Assembly (NCBI RefSeq): GCF_006345805.1
Contig: NC_043000.1
Location: 21,514,001 to 21,578,000, forward strand
Source: Octopus sinensis
Lineage: Eukaryota
Direction of reading: 5' to 3'
DNA: 64,000 nt
In this document: piece by piece, positions 50,001 to 60,951 of the stretch
Numbering within the stretch: the stretch's first letter is position 1
Layout: each line of letters starts with the position of its first letter
Notes under the pieces: generated by a model
Database searches by the model: none
What the model saw: the letters and a program-made list of their open reading frames with translations, nothing else
Told to the model about the DNA's origin: nothing
Program-made: the position numbers and the translations under genes

Positions 50001-53000
50001 GGAAAACGTTGAGCACTTCCAATATCTGGGTAGCTATCAATCACAGAATGCAGATATTGATGAAGAGACCCAACCACTAATAAAATATGCTAGCATACCC
50101 TGCTTGCCTGAGATGACGGGTATATGAAATTTGTGATCTGAGACAACTAAATCTATGGTGTATAACGTTGATAGTTCAGAAACCTGGACAAATTATAGGT
50201 TGTGACTCCATAAGCTGAAAATGCACCATCAGAAATAGATGTCTGAAGAAAATCACATACATTCAGTCAGAGGGAAAATAGCAGAATGCCAGCATGCTTG
50301 AGCAAACCAGTATATCTCCTGCCTTGAAACCCTGATTACAGAACTCCAGTTACAATAGGCAGTACTGGATAATCGGGCATATCACATTGAAAACACTGGT
50401 TCTCATCTGATCACCGAAGTTAAGCAACATCAGGCCTAGTTAGTACTTAGATAAGTGACTGCTTGGGAAACCTAAGTGCTGTAAGCATTCTTCATTTTTT
50501 CCGTCCAACCCATGCTAGCATGGAAAACGGACGTTAAACGATGATGATGCTGATGATGACTGTATGGCAAGAAGCTTAGTTCCCAACCAAATGGTTTCAG
50601 GTTCAGTCCCATTGTGTGGTACTTTGGGAAAGTGTCTTCTATTATAAACCCATCAAGTGTATTTGGTAGATGGAAACTGAAAGGAGCCTATCGTGTGTGT
50701 GTCCTTGCCGTGACATTGCATGACGGTTGTAAATGAATGTCACTGTCACACAAGCAATGTCATTCATTTCCAGCATTCTGCATGAACATATCTGGCCATG
50801 GAGAAATTTTACCTTGCTTGGAAACCAGTGAGGATGGATGACAGGAAGGATATCCAGCCGTAGAGATCTGCTTCAATGAACTCCGTCCAACACACACAAA
50901 CATGGAAAAAAAGGATGTTGAATGATGATGACGAACAACTGTTTTACTTCAAGGTGAATGAAGGAAAGCACAAACGAGGGCAAATGAAGTGGTTCAAAAG
51001 ACAAAGGCAATCTGAAGAATTATGGTATGTACATGTGAGAAACGTTGGTAAACAAATGCCACAAGAAGAGATGGATTATCTATTATAGAACCCAAAGGTA
51101 GTGTGAAGTGACCTACAGCACCACTTCTCCTACGCTCAGTCTGCAAGCAGACTTGTAGGTCTCTTATTGGCCTACATAACGACATGTAGATTCGCAAAGT
51201 TATATAAAAAAAACGGTGATCTTCCACCCCAACCCGCGAAGGATTTTTCAGTGACTAAAACATCTTCAAAACAGTATCTCGGCCACTCAGCCTAAACATA
51301 TACATTCAGAAATAGCCACAGAATCAACAGACTTATTAGGTCTTAAACACTAATTTAGGAGACAAACCACCAAGAAGTGCACAAGAACAGCAACAGTCAC
51401 GGCTCAGACCAAGTTACCTTGCCCATCTCTGCTGTCGCAACCACGAGAATCTGTGTAGCATAGAAATACTGCACAGTATCGAAAATGCAACATGTTCAAG
51501 CTGTCATACTGTAGCCTATACAATTCATCAATGACTATAAGATTGCGCTCTATAGTTGCCAAATGAAGATTTTGTAGAACTGGGAAGGTAGATCCGAGTC
51601 ATACTCCATCATTCAACCAACAACCTGCATAGCATGGCTTAACCAAGATTAAAATCTACATCACCTAAAAATATTAGTAAAATACCACCTTAAGAACACT
51701 ATGACATACACAGTCCATATAAAAGTACATAGACCCAAAAATAGCAACATCAATAATCTCACTAGCCACAAAAAATGTACTGGAATGTACACCGTCAACG
51801 ATAAGTGCAGTAAGTCATCAGAACCTATTATGGTCGTTCAATTTGCTAAAAATAGCAGCCAAACCCATCTCAAAATCATATCCTACCGTTTTCAAAAAAA
51901 AAATTTAGATACCCCACATAGGTGAGACAGTCAGGACTGGAATGCTTTTCATCATAGGTGTAGTCAATCAGGACTAACATAGGGTTTTACAACAACTAAC
52001 ATACATAAAGAATGGACAGTGTGGGGAAAAAAAAAAACGTCCGAGATGTCACATTGCGTCCCAGTTATTGTTCGATGGGGTTAAATGAAAAGATAACCGA
52101 TTACAGAGAATATAAACAGAAATGAATTTTCCAAAATTAACAGTTATAATGTCCGTTCAACGGAAACAGAACATTCTGTAGTCATACTATATATGTACTC
52201 ATATAGGTAAAGGAAACTGCGTTGGCAGAAATTACTGAGGTTTTTTTGTCCCTCAGGCGAGGGTTAACCCAGAAAAGTCGTTTCTTTTTTCCCCGACTAC
52301 AGCTACGAACATACCCAATCTCCTAAACTATATAAATATCCATGACAGCAGTATTTGGTAAGTTGTCCGTGGCCTAGAAGCATCTCAGTGAATTTAAATT
52401 ATACAGAGAGCGTCCAGGTAGTCACTCGACAGGCTAGAAACAGCAGGTAAATCACACCTGACTGTCTTTAAAGTGTGAAAATAAACATTATTTACGGCAG
52501 AGGTAAAAAAAAATACGCACACCACCCGTTTTCGGCGTAACCCTAACCCTAAACGCCGAAAACGGATGGTGTGCGTATTCTTTACCTTCACCTTATTTAC
52601 TTTGGCAATCCTTCGTTTTAACTCGACAAAACTTTACTTTAGCCCTACATACTCATGAGAGAGCATGAACAAGATTAGATTGCCTTCGAAACAAATTTGC
52701 TCAATCAAAGATGGGCTAAGGTTACAACAGTAACAACATATACATCGTTTGTGACCCAAACCGGTGCTGGCCGAAAATGTTTGCTAAATGCAAACCAAAG
52801 AGGAAAGAAAGAGTAAAGTTATTTACGTAGCAGAATTCTGCCGAATAAATCATACACGACGACATGTACTTTCATAGAGCGCAAACACTTTCAGAATCTC
52901 AGAAATATGTCACTTGTGTTAAATAGACACTTTAAATCAGCTTTCGGAATTTCTTCAAACCCAAACAAACGATTGCTACTTTAAATAGTTATTTTCCAAA

Positions 53001-54482
53001 TGACGGTAATTCCGTCTTATATTTTAATTTGTGATAACCTAATTCATTTTGTTTTTAGATCTTAAGAAACATTACTATTATTTATACACTGAAGGATAAT
53101 TCGTAAGAGATTATATTTTAATAATACAAAGGCTCCTTAAATATAAATCCGACAATACTGCGACGCCCCCCAAGTTCTGTTAGTCGCATCCTCAATGCGA
53201 TACAGCAACCTTGTTAGGAATCATTGTTTCATGTTATCATTACTAAAGTACAGTATTATGAACTGAACTGCTAAAACTGTCCTGACCAAGGGTTCAAAAC
53301 AGAATAATATTTTTCTACTTAAATATAGAACTAAATCTTTCATATTTGTAAAGCGGATGTTATAAGTAAACATAGGCAAATTACACACACACACACTTTG
53401 TGAGGTAGACTTAACCAGTCACTCGGTTTAACATTACCATCAGGCCCTTGGAACCCTTTAACATCGTCCACTCCGGTACAGACATTTGCACCAAGTCTTT
53501 TCCTACAACTCACCTATCACGGAGACCCTGAAAAACATAGAGCCATGGGCGCTCCTCCTAAATTATATATAGTTCTGAAGTAACAATATAGTTCTTAATT
53601 ACTATCACATGGTATAAATCTGCACTTAACAACAACGTGGCCAGAGATGAACTTAGCAATTTTTCTAAGTATCAATCAAGTATCGGAGTTGATCTAATCG
53701 ACTATATCTATCCCTTAAATGAGAAGTCTTGTACCATATTTTAGAAATCAACATTCTTCAAGAAGTCATAAAGTCAATGGAAACGGCCGAGCATCGGAAT
53801 AAATATTTCTAATGAACTATTCAAATGCAGTATCAGTTACGTTCAAAGTATTTCTTTACCTTGTACATTCGGGATTGATAAAATATTACTAATAATATAT
53901 AGTGAGATGAATCGAAACTTTCTGTTATCAGTAGTTAAAAGAAATAGACTAAAAGTAGATATCGCAATCGTGGTTTCTAAAATATGTTATCCCAAGGGTC
54001 ATCTGCTATGACCCATACAACATCCAAGGGTGTTTATGTAGAAAACAGCTCATATTACACAAATATAACCTTTAAAATAATGAAATTTAATTCAAAAACG
54101 GTATCGAAATGAATTATTAAAATTTATATATATAACAAGTCGATCCTCTTAACATAGAAAGAACTATGTGCAGTTTATAATTATTATTTTGTCAGTCTTA
54201 CAGATCAAATAATAGATCGATTTTTTTAGTCAGAAACTATGCTTGTAATATTATTCGATTAATGGTTTATAGGATATATCTTTAGGGATTATGTAATTGA
54301 CATAGGGGGTCTATGAAGATGTTCCAAAACATCGCTTAGATTTGCTTATTAATAATATACTGTGTGTAGCGGAAGTCTAGCAATTTAACAAATATTCTAA
54401 TGAATGGAGAGAAATAATAGACGTAAAAGGAAAACATCCTAACTTACACTTCTGTAAGTACCTTGTTCATCTGAGACTCCAT
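32812..54482 (-). CDS. LAMTOR5: Ragulator complex protein LAMTOR5 (HBXIP), 96 aa, 4 exons
   Basis: complement(join(54448-54482,36326-36387,35730-35847,32812-32887)) = 291 nt: MESQMNKVLTEVGENPEVTGVICTDQHGLCLGVKGNLSTCHAGLITSLAHCGRSLRQDETHSPVITMESEGGQILMLKSTENVSFGIMKTAPQSWH*. Aligns by eye to human LAMTOR5 (NPSIVGVLCTDSQGLNLG..GTLSDEHAGVIS..PVVCLESDNG). All introns GT-AG. Confidence 0.95.
35730..35847 (-). CDS. LAMTOR5: LAMTOR5 exon 3 (VKGNLSTCHAGLITSLAHCGRSLRQDETHSPVITMESEGG)
   Basis: ttacttttag| acceptor, AGG|gtatgt donor; 118 nt. Confidence 0.95.
35893..36215. repeat. G-rich minisatellite (unit about 30-32 bp) in LAMTOR5 intron 2
   Basis: Unit tttacataaagagggtggggagatggggtata at 35971, 36003, 36035, 36067 and onward. 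Confidence 0.9.
36326..36387 (-). CDS. LAMTOR5: LAMTOR5 exon 2 (GENPEVTGVICTDQHGLCLG)
   Basis: tttcag| acceptor, GAG|gtaagt donor; 62 nt. Confidence 0.95.
37005..37429 (+). mobile_element. Non-autonomous Helitron
   Basis: 5' TCTCTATATATATA; 3' cccgagcaacgccaagc...CTAG|T. Confidence 0.75.
37660..37993 (-). mobile_element. tRNA-derived SINE family D (second copy 60419-60753+)
   Basis: Head gtggctcagtggttagagcgtcgagc, core gtgttgtgttcttgagcaagacactttatttcacg; the two copies are near-identical. Confidence 0.85.
38324..38389. repeat. Perfect 29-bp inverted repeat with 8-nt loop
   Basis: gaaatggaattaaaatcgaaataattgac-attgcaca-gtcaattatttcgattttaattccatttc. Confidence 0.95.
39620..39709 (+). ncRNA. 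Degenerate type I hammerhead-ribozyme-like motif
   Basis: CTGATGA at 39627-39633, long imperfect stem II, then GAAAC-AGTT-GTA at 39691-39702 and a weak stem I (cag/ctg). Confidence 0.4.
39754..41662 (+). mobile_element. Internally deleted Helitron with RepHel N-terminal coding remnant
   Basis: 5' TC plus (GTCT)n; 3' cccgagcaatgccaggg...CTAG|T. About 41070-41340 reads CCSGGQVTLPALP..FLNNIRQYNSA..QGQVYHLIGSLLP..QPQFLQIYFM, with frameshifts. Confidence 0.8.
43700..45663 (+). mobile_element. RTE-clade LINE: 5' part with AP endonuclease and linker, truncated at the start of RT
   Basis: ORFs 44158-44472 and 44479-45702 contain YGPQ, GDFNGHVG, NTWF, IDLMLV, WWWN and CGAYGGVKLLEH; a few stops and frameshifts; the 3' end is replaced by a SINE. 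Confidence 0.9.
47740..47956. mobile_element. piggyBac-like MITE (degenerate relative at about 32150-32300)
   Basis: TTAA|CCCTTTCGTTAC...GTAACGAAAGGG|CTAA termini. Confidence 0.75.
48050..51200 (+). mobile_element. Highly degenerate RTE LINE (RT and C-terminal Zn knuckle), interrupted by SINEs and the 5S copy
   Basis: FKK..CG...LLSNA.GKILVRILLN at about 48605-48700, MENVEHFQYLGS at about 49999-50035, CKQTCRSLIGLH at about 51142-51180. Confidence 0.65.
50374..50487 (+). pseudogene. 5S rRNA pseudogene
   Basis: catatcacattgaaaacactggttctcatctgatcaccgaagttaagcaacatcaggcctagttagtacttagataagtgactgcttgggaaacctaagtgctgtaagc matches metazoan 5S with many CpG-to-TpG/CpA changes; the first few bases are lost; T-run at 50495-50500. 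Confidence 0.9.
52501..52587. repeat. Hairpin element with telomeric-repeat loop
   Basis: aatacgcacaccacccgttttcggcgt-AACCCTAACCCTAA-acgccgaaaacggatggtgtgcgtatt (27-bp stem, 1 mismatch), extended by aggtaaa/tttacct. Confidence 0.9.
54448..54482 (-). CDS. LAMTOR5: LAMTOR5 exon 1 (MESQMNKVLTEV)
   Basis: acaATGG start context, GT|gtaagt donor; 35 nt, phase 2. Confidence 0.88.
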
Positions 54483-55760
54483 TGTAAATATGTGTAGTAT
54501 TTAGTCAACGATTCTAAAGTCTACTTCTAAATGGCAACAGAGATGGCTTCAAGTGTGAGCTATGTTGACTAAATGTGAGATATTGGGAAAGACTTCCTCT
54601 AGGAAGTGATTGCTGCTGCTATCTCACTGTGGCAGAACAACTAACACGTTGGGATCGGAGAAATAGTACGACGATACCATTTTAATTCAGAGGGGTGGCA
54701 GTGTATTTTTATAACTGTGTTCGGAAACCCTAAGTCGATACGTTTTTAAATTTAGAATGTATGGTGTGTAATAATAGATAACATTGATCGAACATCCCGT
54801 CTTCTTAGAGATGTTTAAGACTTACATTATCTTGTGTCTTGTACGTATATAACACGATAGACTGAGAGTTAAGGCAGATTCGGCTGCTATTTTGTTTTTG
54901 CAGGTCTTAGGACCGCGTAGAGACTCCCTTGTTAGCGTGGAAAATAAGTCTTTTGTTGCATTTAGCACTTCATTGTAAGTCGTGACTGGAAGATAACCAT
55001 TAAAAAAAATCAAATAAAAATAAGATTTTTGATTATATTGAATATAATTATATAATTACCAAACTATCAATAAAGTAAAATAACTGAAAAAACTTAATCG
55101 ATTTTCTTTCGTGTGGTTTGGATTAGATCCTCAATTTTGTGCACAAATTGAAGTTGGGGTTTGTGACATTGTTTACTACTGACTCCCCTTTATATAAAGT
55201 TTATGGTTTCTTCTATCCCTCCCTTCCTCTAATTCTTGGCCTCTCTTTCTTCGTTCGTTCAGTCTATTTTCATGGATGTCACTCTAACATAGAATGATTG
55301 TGTATATGAAAGTGGTGGGGGTAAACGAAGGCAAAGAAATACATAGTTGTAGTGGAAGGGGATAATTATGACTTCAGTAGTCTTCGACTTCTCGCCGTTG
55401 TTCTTCAGGAACTGCGTGAATTTCCTCGTCGGCTACTTCCCTCCATTCTCTGATTACGTGTTCTTTCGCAACTTTGGTTAACGATTTATTCGAATGCATC
55501 GCAAAAAGTGAACGTGTAAATGTTCATACATAATGAAATTAATCTAGGATTATACACACAAAACACACATTATACTCATATATTTCTTTGTAAATTTACG
55601 TGTAAAGAAAGGGACCCACCCGACTTGCGAAATACATGCATGTGTGCCGTGAGGCACGCTAAGTACTGAAAGCGTAGGAGAGGAAAAAAGGACGATTGAC
55701 AACAGAATTTACTATGTTTGGGGACCATTAGCAACAGATTTTGTTTGTTGGTGAAAGGTA
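54483..55760. promoter_or_regulatory. LAMTOR5 5' UTR/promoter, possibly bidirectional
   Basis: Repeat-poor, relatively CpG-retaining stretch just upstream of the LAMTOR5 ATG; strong + strand donor AAG|GTAAGT at 55758. Confidence 0.4.
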
Positions 55761-57759
55761 AGTCACATTCTTTCTTTCATTCGCACTGTCTTCACTCTCA
55801 GGATTGTGAAATGGAATACATATTTTAAATGGTATTGCTAAACTCAATTATAATAATCACATTTTAGTCATTTTAGGCCCTTCGCTCGTAACTAAAGACT
55901 ATTTTAGTAAATTTGCCAATACCTGGTGAAGCAGAAGAAACTACTGGACTTCTAAAATATGTACCTAGCGCCCCTTTTTTGTTAATATTGCTGTTGCTAT
56001 CTGAACATTTGTATATTTAAACAAATCTTTATTTATTTGTTTTTGAATGTTCCTCCTTTCTGCTGCTACCTTCACACTACTCCATCATACGGACTCTAAG
56101 AATATTCACATAACAAAGAATAGTTACTTAACAACCCTTAACTTCCTCGAAGAAAATCAATTTGGTAATGCAGGTTTCTTTTACTGTGTAAATATATCCA
56201 ATTCAGTTTTAAAAGCTTCCTATCGTGAAGTACGGTTCGCAATTGTAAGCTTTCAAAACAAAATTGAACTTGAATATAAACCAGAAGTTTGTTTATTTTT
56301 GTTTTTGTTAATTTAAAATTTTTTTAAAGTCACCATGCTGTATCATCCAAGAAAAACAAAAGAACAGTAATAACTGTGCGTAATTACTGAACAGGTGACA
56401 GTAACCTGGTGTGTTGTTACTGAGGGCAAGAGGGGTCTTGCTCACAACCTGTTCTAAAAAACGGGACATTTAATTAATTTTCTTTTTGTTATCTTGAATG
56501 ACAAATATTTCAGTAATTTAATGGGTTGGGTTTTTAAACGTTCTTTCTTTTAAAAAAAAAGATATTTTTTATGAAGAAATATTAAGCGACAGAATATATA
56601 CCTATGATTTTTTTGTTTGTTTTTTTGCATAGTTTATGTCGATTATTATACGTTGCTTATCTAACACACACATATCTATATCTAATATATATATATATAT
56701 ATATACACACGCACGCATACACGCACCGTCACAAGTTCTACATTCCCTAATCTTCATAAATAATTAGCAATACAATTGCTATATGCCGGCCAGACGTCCA
56801 ATAAAAGCTTTCACTGTAATAACAATAGTAGTAGTAGTAGTTTGAGTTTATGATAGACTTTGTCGTTCATCCCTACAGGAATCGATGAGATTAAGTACCA
56901 GTGTTATATTGCGTCCGTTTAATCGGATACACCAGATCTATAAATATTGGTTATTTTAGCTAGCCGAAAGAAATCATATTGCGGACAGACTGCAACAACA
57001 AAAAAACATTTTATTTCACCACATCTCTCGGTAATTAAGTGTTGTATTTATTTATATAGTTTATGTTGAATGTGTTTGTGTGCGCTCTGACAACTTGTAA
57101 TTATTCTCATATTTTATTTTTATTTTTCATTGGTTGGATTGGTTGAAAATTATGTAACTTAAATCCTGTGACTTTCTTTCTGCGCTAGCAACAATATTTT
57201 CTTTGGTCAGCAGAGCCGAGTTGAATGAGATGCTGGATTCCATCTGCAGATAAAGCCAACTCAACGATAACTTCAAGTTAATTGACGGGTCGGCGGGGGA
57301 GGAGCTTTGCTCAAACGCCTTTTGCTTCTATTTTTGTTTTTATTATTATTTTTTTTTTTTTAGTTGACACTCGCTGCTAAGTAGCAGTAAGTATATTAAT
57401 TACCTTCTTTCATTTACTAAATTTATTTGAAAAACATTGTCTCCATATATTATAGGTAACATGTTTCTGTATTGCTAAATTGATTTCTAAAACAAATGCA
57501 TTTGCGTTAATTCAACTATATGAAGGGGGGGGGGGGAACACGCAGCTGAAAAACTGGGCAGCTGAATTGATGATTTTTCACTGAATTCTTCTGTTTAATA
57601 TTAACGATATTGTCTTAAAATGATATCAGCATCCAAAATGGTCTCGTTATGCACTACCAGATATTAAAGTTATAATAGGAAATATGTTGCAGAGATGCAG
57701 AGAGAGATTTCAGAAAGAATAAGAAGTGCAGTATTGAAGACCTACTGGAGTGTTGCTTG

Positions 57760-57790
<31 letters not shown>

Positions 57791-60302
57791 TATCTCTCTC
57801 TCTCTCTCAGGTTGAACAGGTCGGTTAGAGAATACCTTTTTACACTGGTTGACAGGCTGAGAAAAATAATAGAATTACTCCCAGAATAGTGTAATGCCTA
57901 TAATACTGCCTAGTGCAGACTGAACAAACCCATGACCTAAGGCTTTCCAGTTATGACCGTCCCGTCCCTCTCTCTCGCATATTGCGAATTTAGAACCACA
58001 GCCTTTTTACCAGTTGGTAGGGTATAATTTGAGGGAGATTTGGCTACTTTTTCCAGCAAGTCCATCGAACAGTGAGCTAACAATATAGAGTTAGTCATGA
58101 TCCTAGTACAGTGTAATATGTACAAATGCTTGGACTGTCGTTTTTGTTGCAAGATTTTTATTCCTATCCTTAGTGATATAAATTTTTAAAAAGCTTAAAG
58201 CAAAAAAATGTGGGGGCTCTTTTACATGAAATCTGATTGTTCCTTAGGATAGTTTAGGGTTTTTTTTATCTAGTTTTATTATGGTTTTATCAAAGTTTCC
58301 AGAGACTTAAAAAAAAATCTAGTGGTATTAATGGGAAGAAATTAAAATAAGGAATTTTAACCAGATAGAAGCCTGATTTTAGAAAAGGAAATTTTACGCT
58401 AATCATCTGATAGGTTCAGTGCCCACTTCAGGTATTGTGTGTATGTCATTTGAGAGAGAAAATTATCCTATCAGACTGATTCAGGCTTCCACTTCTGTGT
58501 TTAAATGATGGTACAAGTGATATGGTTTTGTTGATGGGAATGAGACGTTCTGGCCCAGCCTATTTGGCGTCACTGATTCGACACTGACTTATTTTTAATG
58601 ACGTTTTAATGTTCATCTGTTCTTTCCTTCCTTCTCTCTCTCTCTCTATGTGTATGGGCATACTTCTCTTTATGTGTATGAAAAAAGGGAGTATTTAAAT
58701 CAACCCTGTTCTTTTTATCTGTATATTTCTGAATGCACATTAGTATTTTCCTCCAGTACCAAAACACCAAAACGGGCTGAATGTCCAGAGTGCTGTGCCA
58801 AATCAACATCCAGACAGCCACACTCAATTGGTTTATTCCATTAGTATAGATGTTCTATGTAACACCTTAACATCTTTTGACGCAATGGCTTTATTTCCCA
58901 TTTATCTAATAAGACACTAGGACTAAACAATGATCCTTTATACTTTGAACTAAAAATGGCTCTTAAAACCATATAAAACCACAACTAAATATTATGGAAC
59001 CATAATATAGTGATACTAGCATGAAATACTAGTATCCTATGAAACTATCAATAACACTGGACCCAAATATTATGAACTAATAGCAGAACCAAGGATTGGA
59101 TATGCAAGTTCCTTGAAATTCAAGGGGTAATTTTTCATCATCATTTAGTGCCTGTTGTTCATGCTGCCATGGTTGGATAGTTTGACTGGGCTGGCACACT
59201 GGAAGGCTGCACCATACTCCAGTCTGATGTGGCATGGTTTTCTACAGCTGGATGCCCTTTCTAACGCCAACCACTCCAAGAGTGTAATGGGTGCTTCTAT
59301 GTGTCACTGGCACAGGTGCCATTTGCATGACACTGGTATCTGCCATGACTGTGATTTCACTTGGCTTGATGGGTCTTCTTCTCAAGCATGACATAATGCT
59401 AAAAGTTTTGGTCATTGCCTCTGTGAGGCCCAACACTCAAAAGGAACTCAGCCACTTTGCCTCCAAGAGGCCCAATGCTTGAAAGGTGTTCCTTACATGA
59501 CACCAGCACGGGTGCACTTGGCTTGACGGGTCCCCTCAAGCACAGCACATCGCCAAAGGTCTCAGTCACTAGTCATATGATTAAATGGCTGGTTATAATA
59601 GAATAAAACCTCTTGTATAAAGATGCTATATAATCTACAGCTCATGGGACACCAAAGAAATTACTTTGTGGGATAGAGATGGATGGCCACAGCTCATAAG
59701 TCTATTCAGTTGGGAATGACTCTAGGTAAACAACTTGTAGCCAACAAGGGGACTTCTACAGGGTTGCTCAACCTGTTAGAAATAGCAACCAAATCACCCT
59801 GAAATCACATCCTCTTAAAAGAAAAAGTACATATTCATATTGGATGACGTAGTCTGTGGTTCACTGTGCCTGTGAAAAATAGACAAGATGGTCATGGCTG
59901 GAAGGCCTGTTCAATAAGAGCAGGCTTCGGGGTTAAACAAACAACTTCAGCTCTTTTGGTGCACTTAAGCTGGACATTTCTCTGAGTAAGTAGTGACAAG
60001 TCCTGATTCTAATACCTTAGCTCACTACTAAACATACCCTAAATTTTTATGTCTCAGCAATTACTGTGCTTATGGTTTTTGCAGGTCTTCTGGGAATGTG
60101 TTTGCATGGCAAGAACTGAATTGCTGTAATGATACCACAGGCATGGAGATTGGGTTACACAGTTTGCTTGCCAGCCACATGGCATGGAGTTCGGTCTCAC
60201 TGTTTTGCACCTAAGGCAAATATCTTCTAGTATAATCCTGAGCTAACCCAGAGCCTTGTGAGTGAATTTAATAGATGGAAACTGAAAGAAACCCATCTAT
60301 AT

Positions 60303-60951
60303 TGGTGGTTCTCAACCAGGGTCCATATGGCCCTTGGTGGACCATTTAAGATTTTGTTTAAGATTTGTTGTGCACCTGAGCACTGTATACAATAATTTCA
60401 TTATTATTATTATTATTGAAGGCGCGTGACTCAGTGGTTAGAGCGTCGAGCTTACAATCGTGAGGTTGTGAGCTCGAATCCCGGACCGGGCTGCGTGTTG
60501 TGTTCTTGAGCAAAACACTTTATTTCACGTTGCTCCAGTTCACTCAGCTGTAGAAATGAGTTGCGACGTCACAGGTGCCAAGTTGTATCGGCCCTTGCCT
60601 TTCCCTTGGACAGCATTGGTGACGTGGAGAGGGGAGACCGGTATGCATGGGCGACTGCTGGTCTTCCATAAAACAACCTTGCCCAGACTTGTGCCTCAGA
60701 GGGTAACTCTCTAGGCGCAAACCCATGGTCAGTGTCTGACCGAAGGGGGTCATCATTATTATTATTTAATTGTAAGAAGTCAGTTATACTTCTACAATAC
60801 TCAAAATATTAAAATCTTTTAATACAATTTCCAATACCTAATTATAAAAATACAGGATTTTTTTATACATACATTGAATGGTTATGGTGGTCCAGTAGAA
60901 TAAAAAAGAAATCAAAGGTATCTATAGGCAAAAAACGGTTGAGAACCACTA
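60303..60951. mobile_element. hAT (Charlie-like) MITE with nested CR1 tail and SINE D (relatives at about 15455-15780 and 62295-62680)
   Basis: TIR tggtggttctcaacc...ggttgagaaccacta; 8-bp TSD atctata(t/c) at 60295 and 60952. Confidence 0.75.

Noticed and set aside
52586-52670. Apparent alternative minus-strand first exon with GAAG|gtaaag donor
   Set aside because: The donor-like sequence is part of the hairpin element terminus; the true LAMTOR5 exon 1 is at 54448-54482.
54904-54975. Apparent + strand exon (ttttgcag...gtaagt)
   Set aside because: Overlaps an old dispersed repeat (gatttggctgctatt...) also seen near 40180 and 58035; no coding support.
60420-60492. tRNA-like sequence
   Set aside because: Head of SINE family D; it continues into the SINE body and has no clean acceptor stem.
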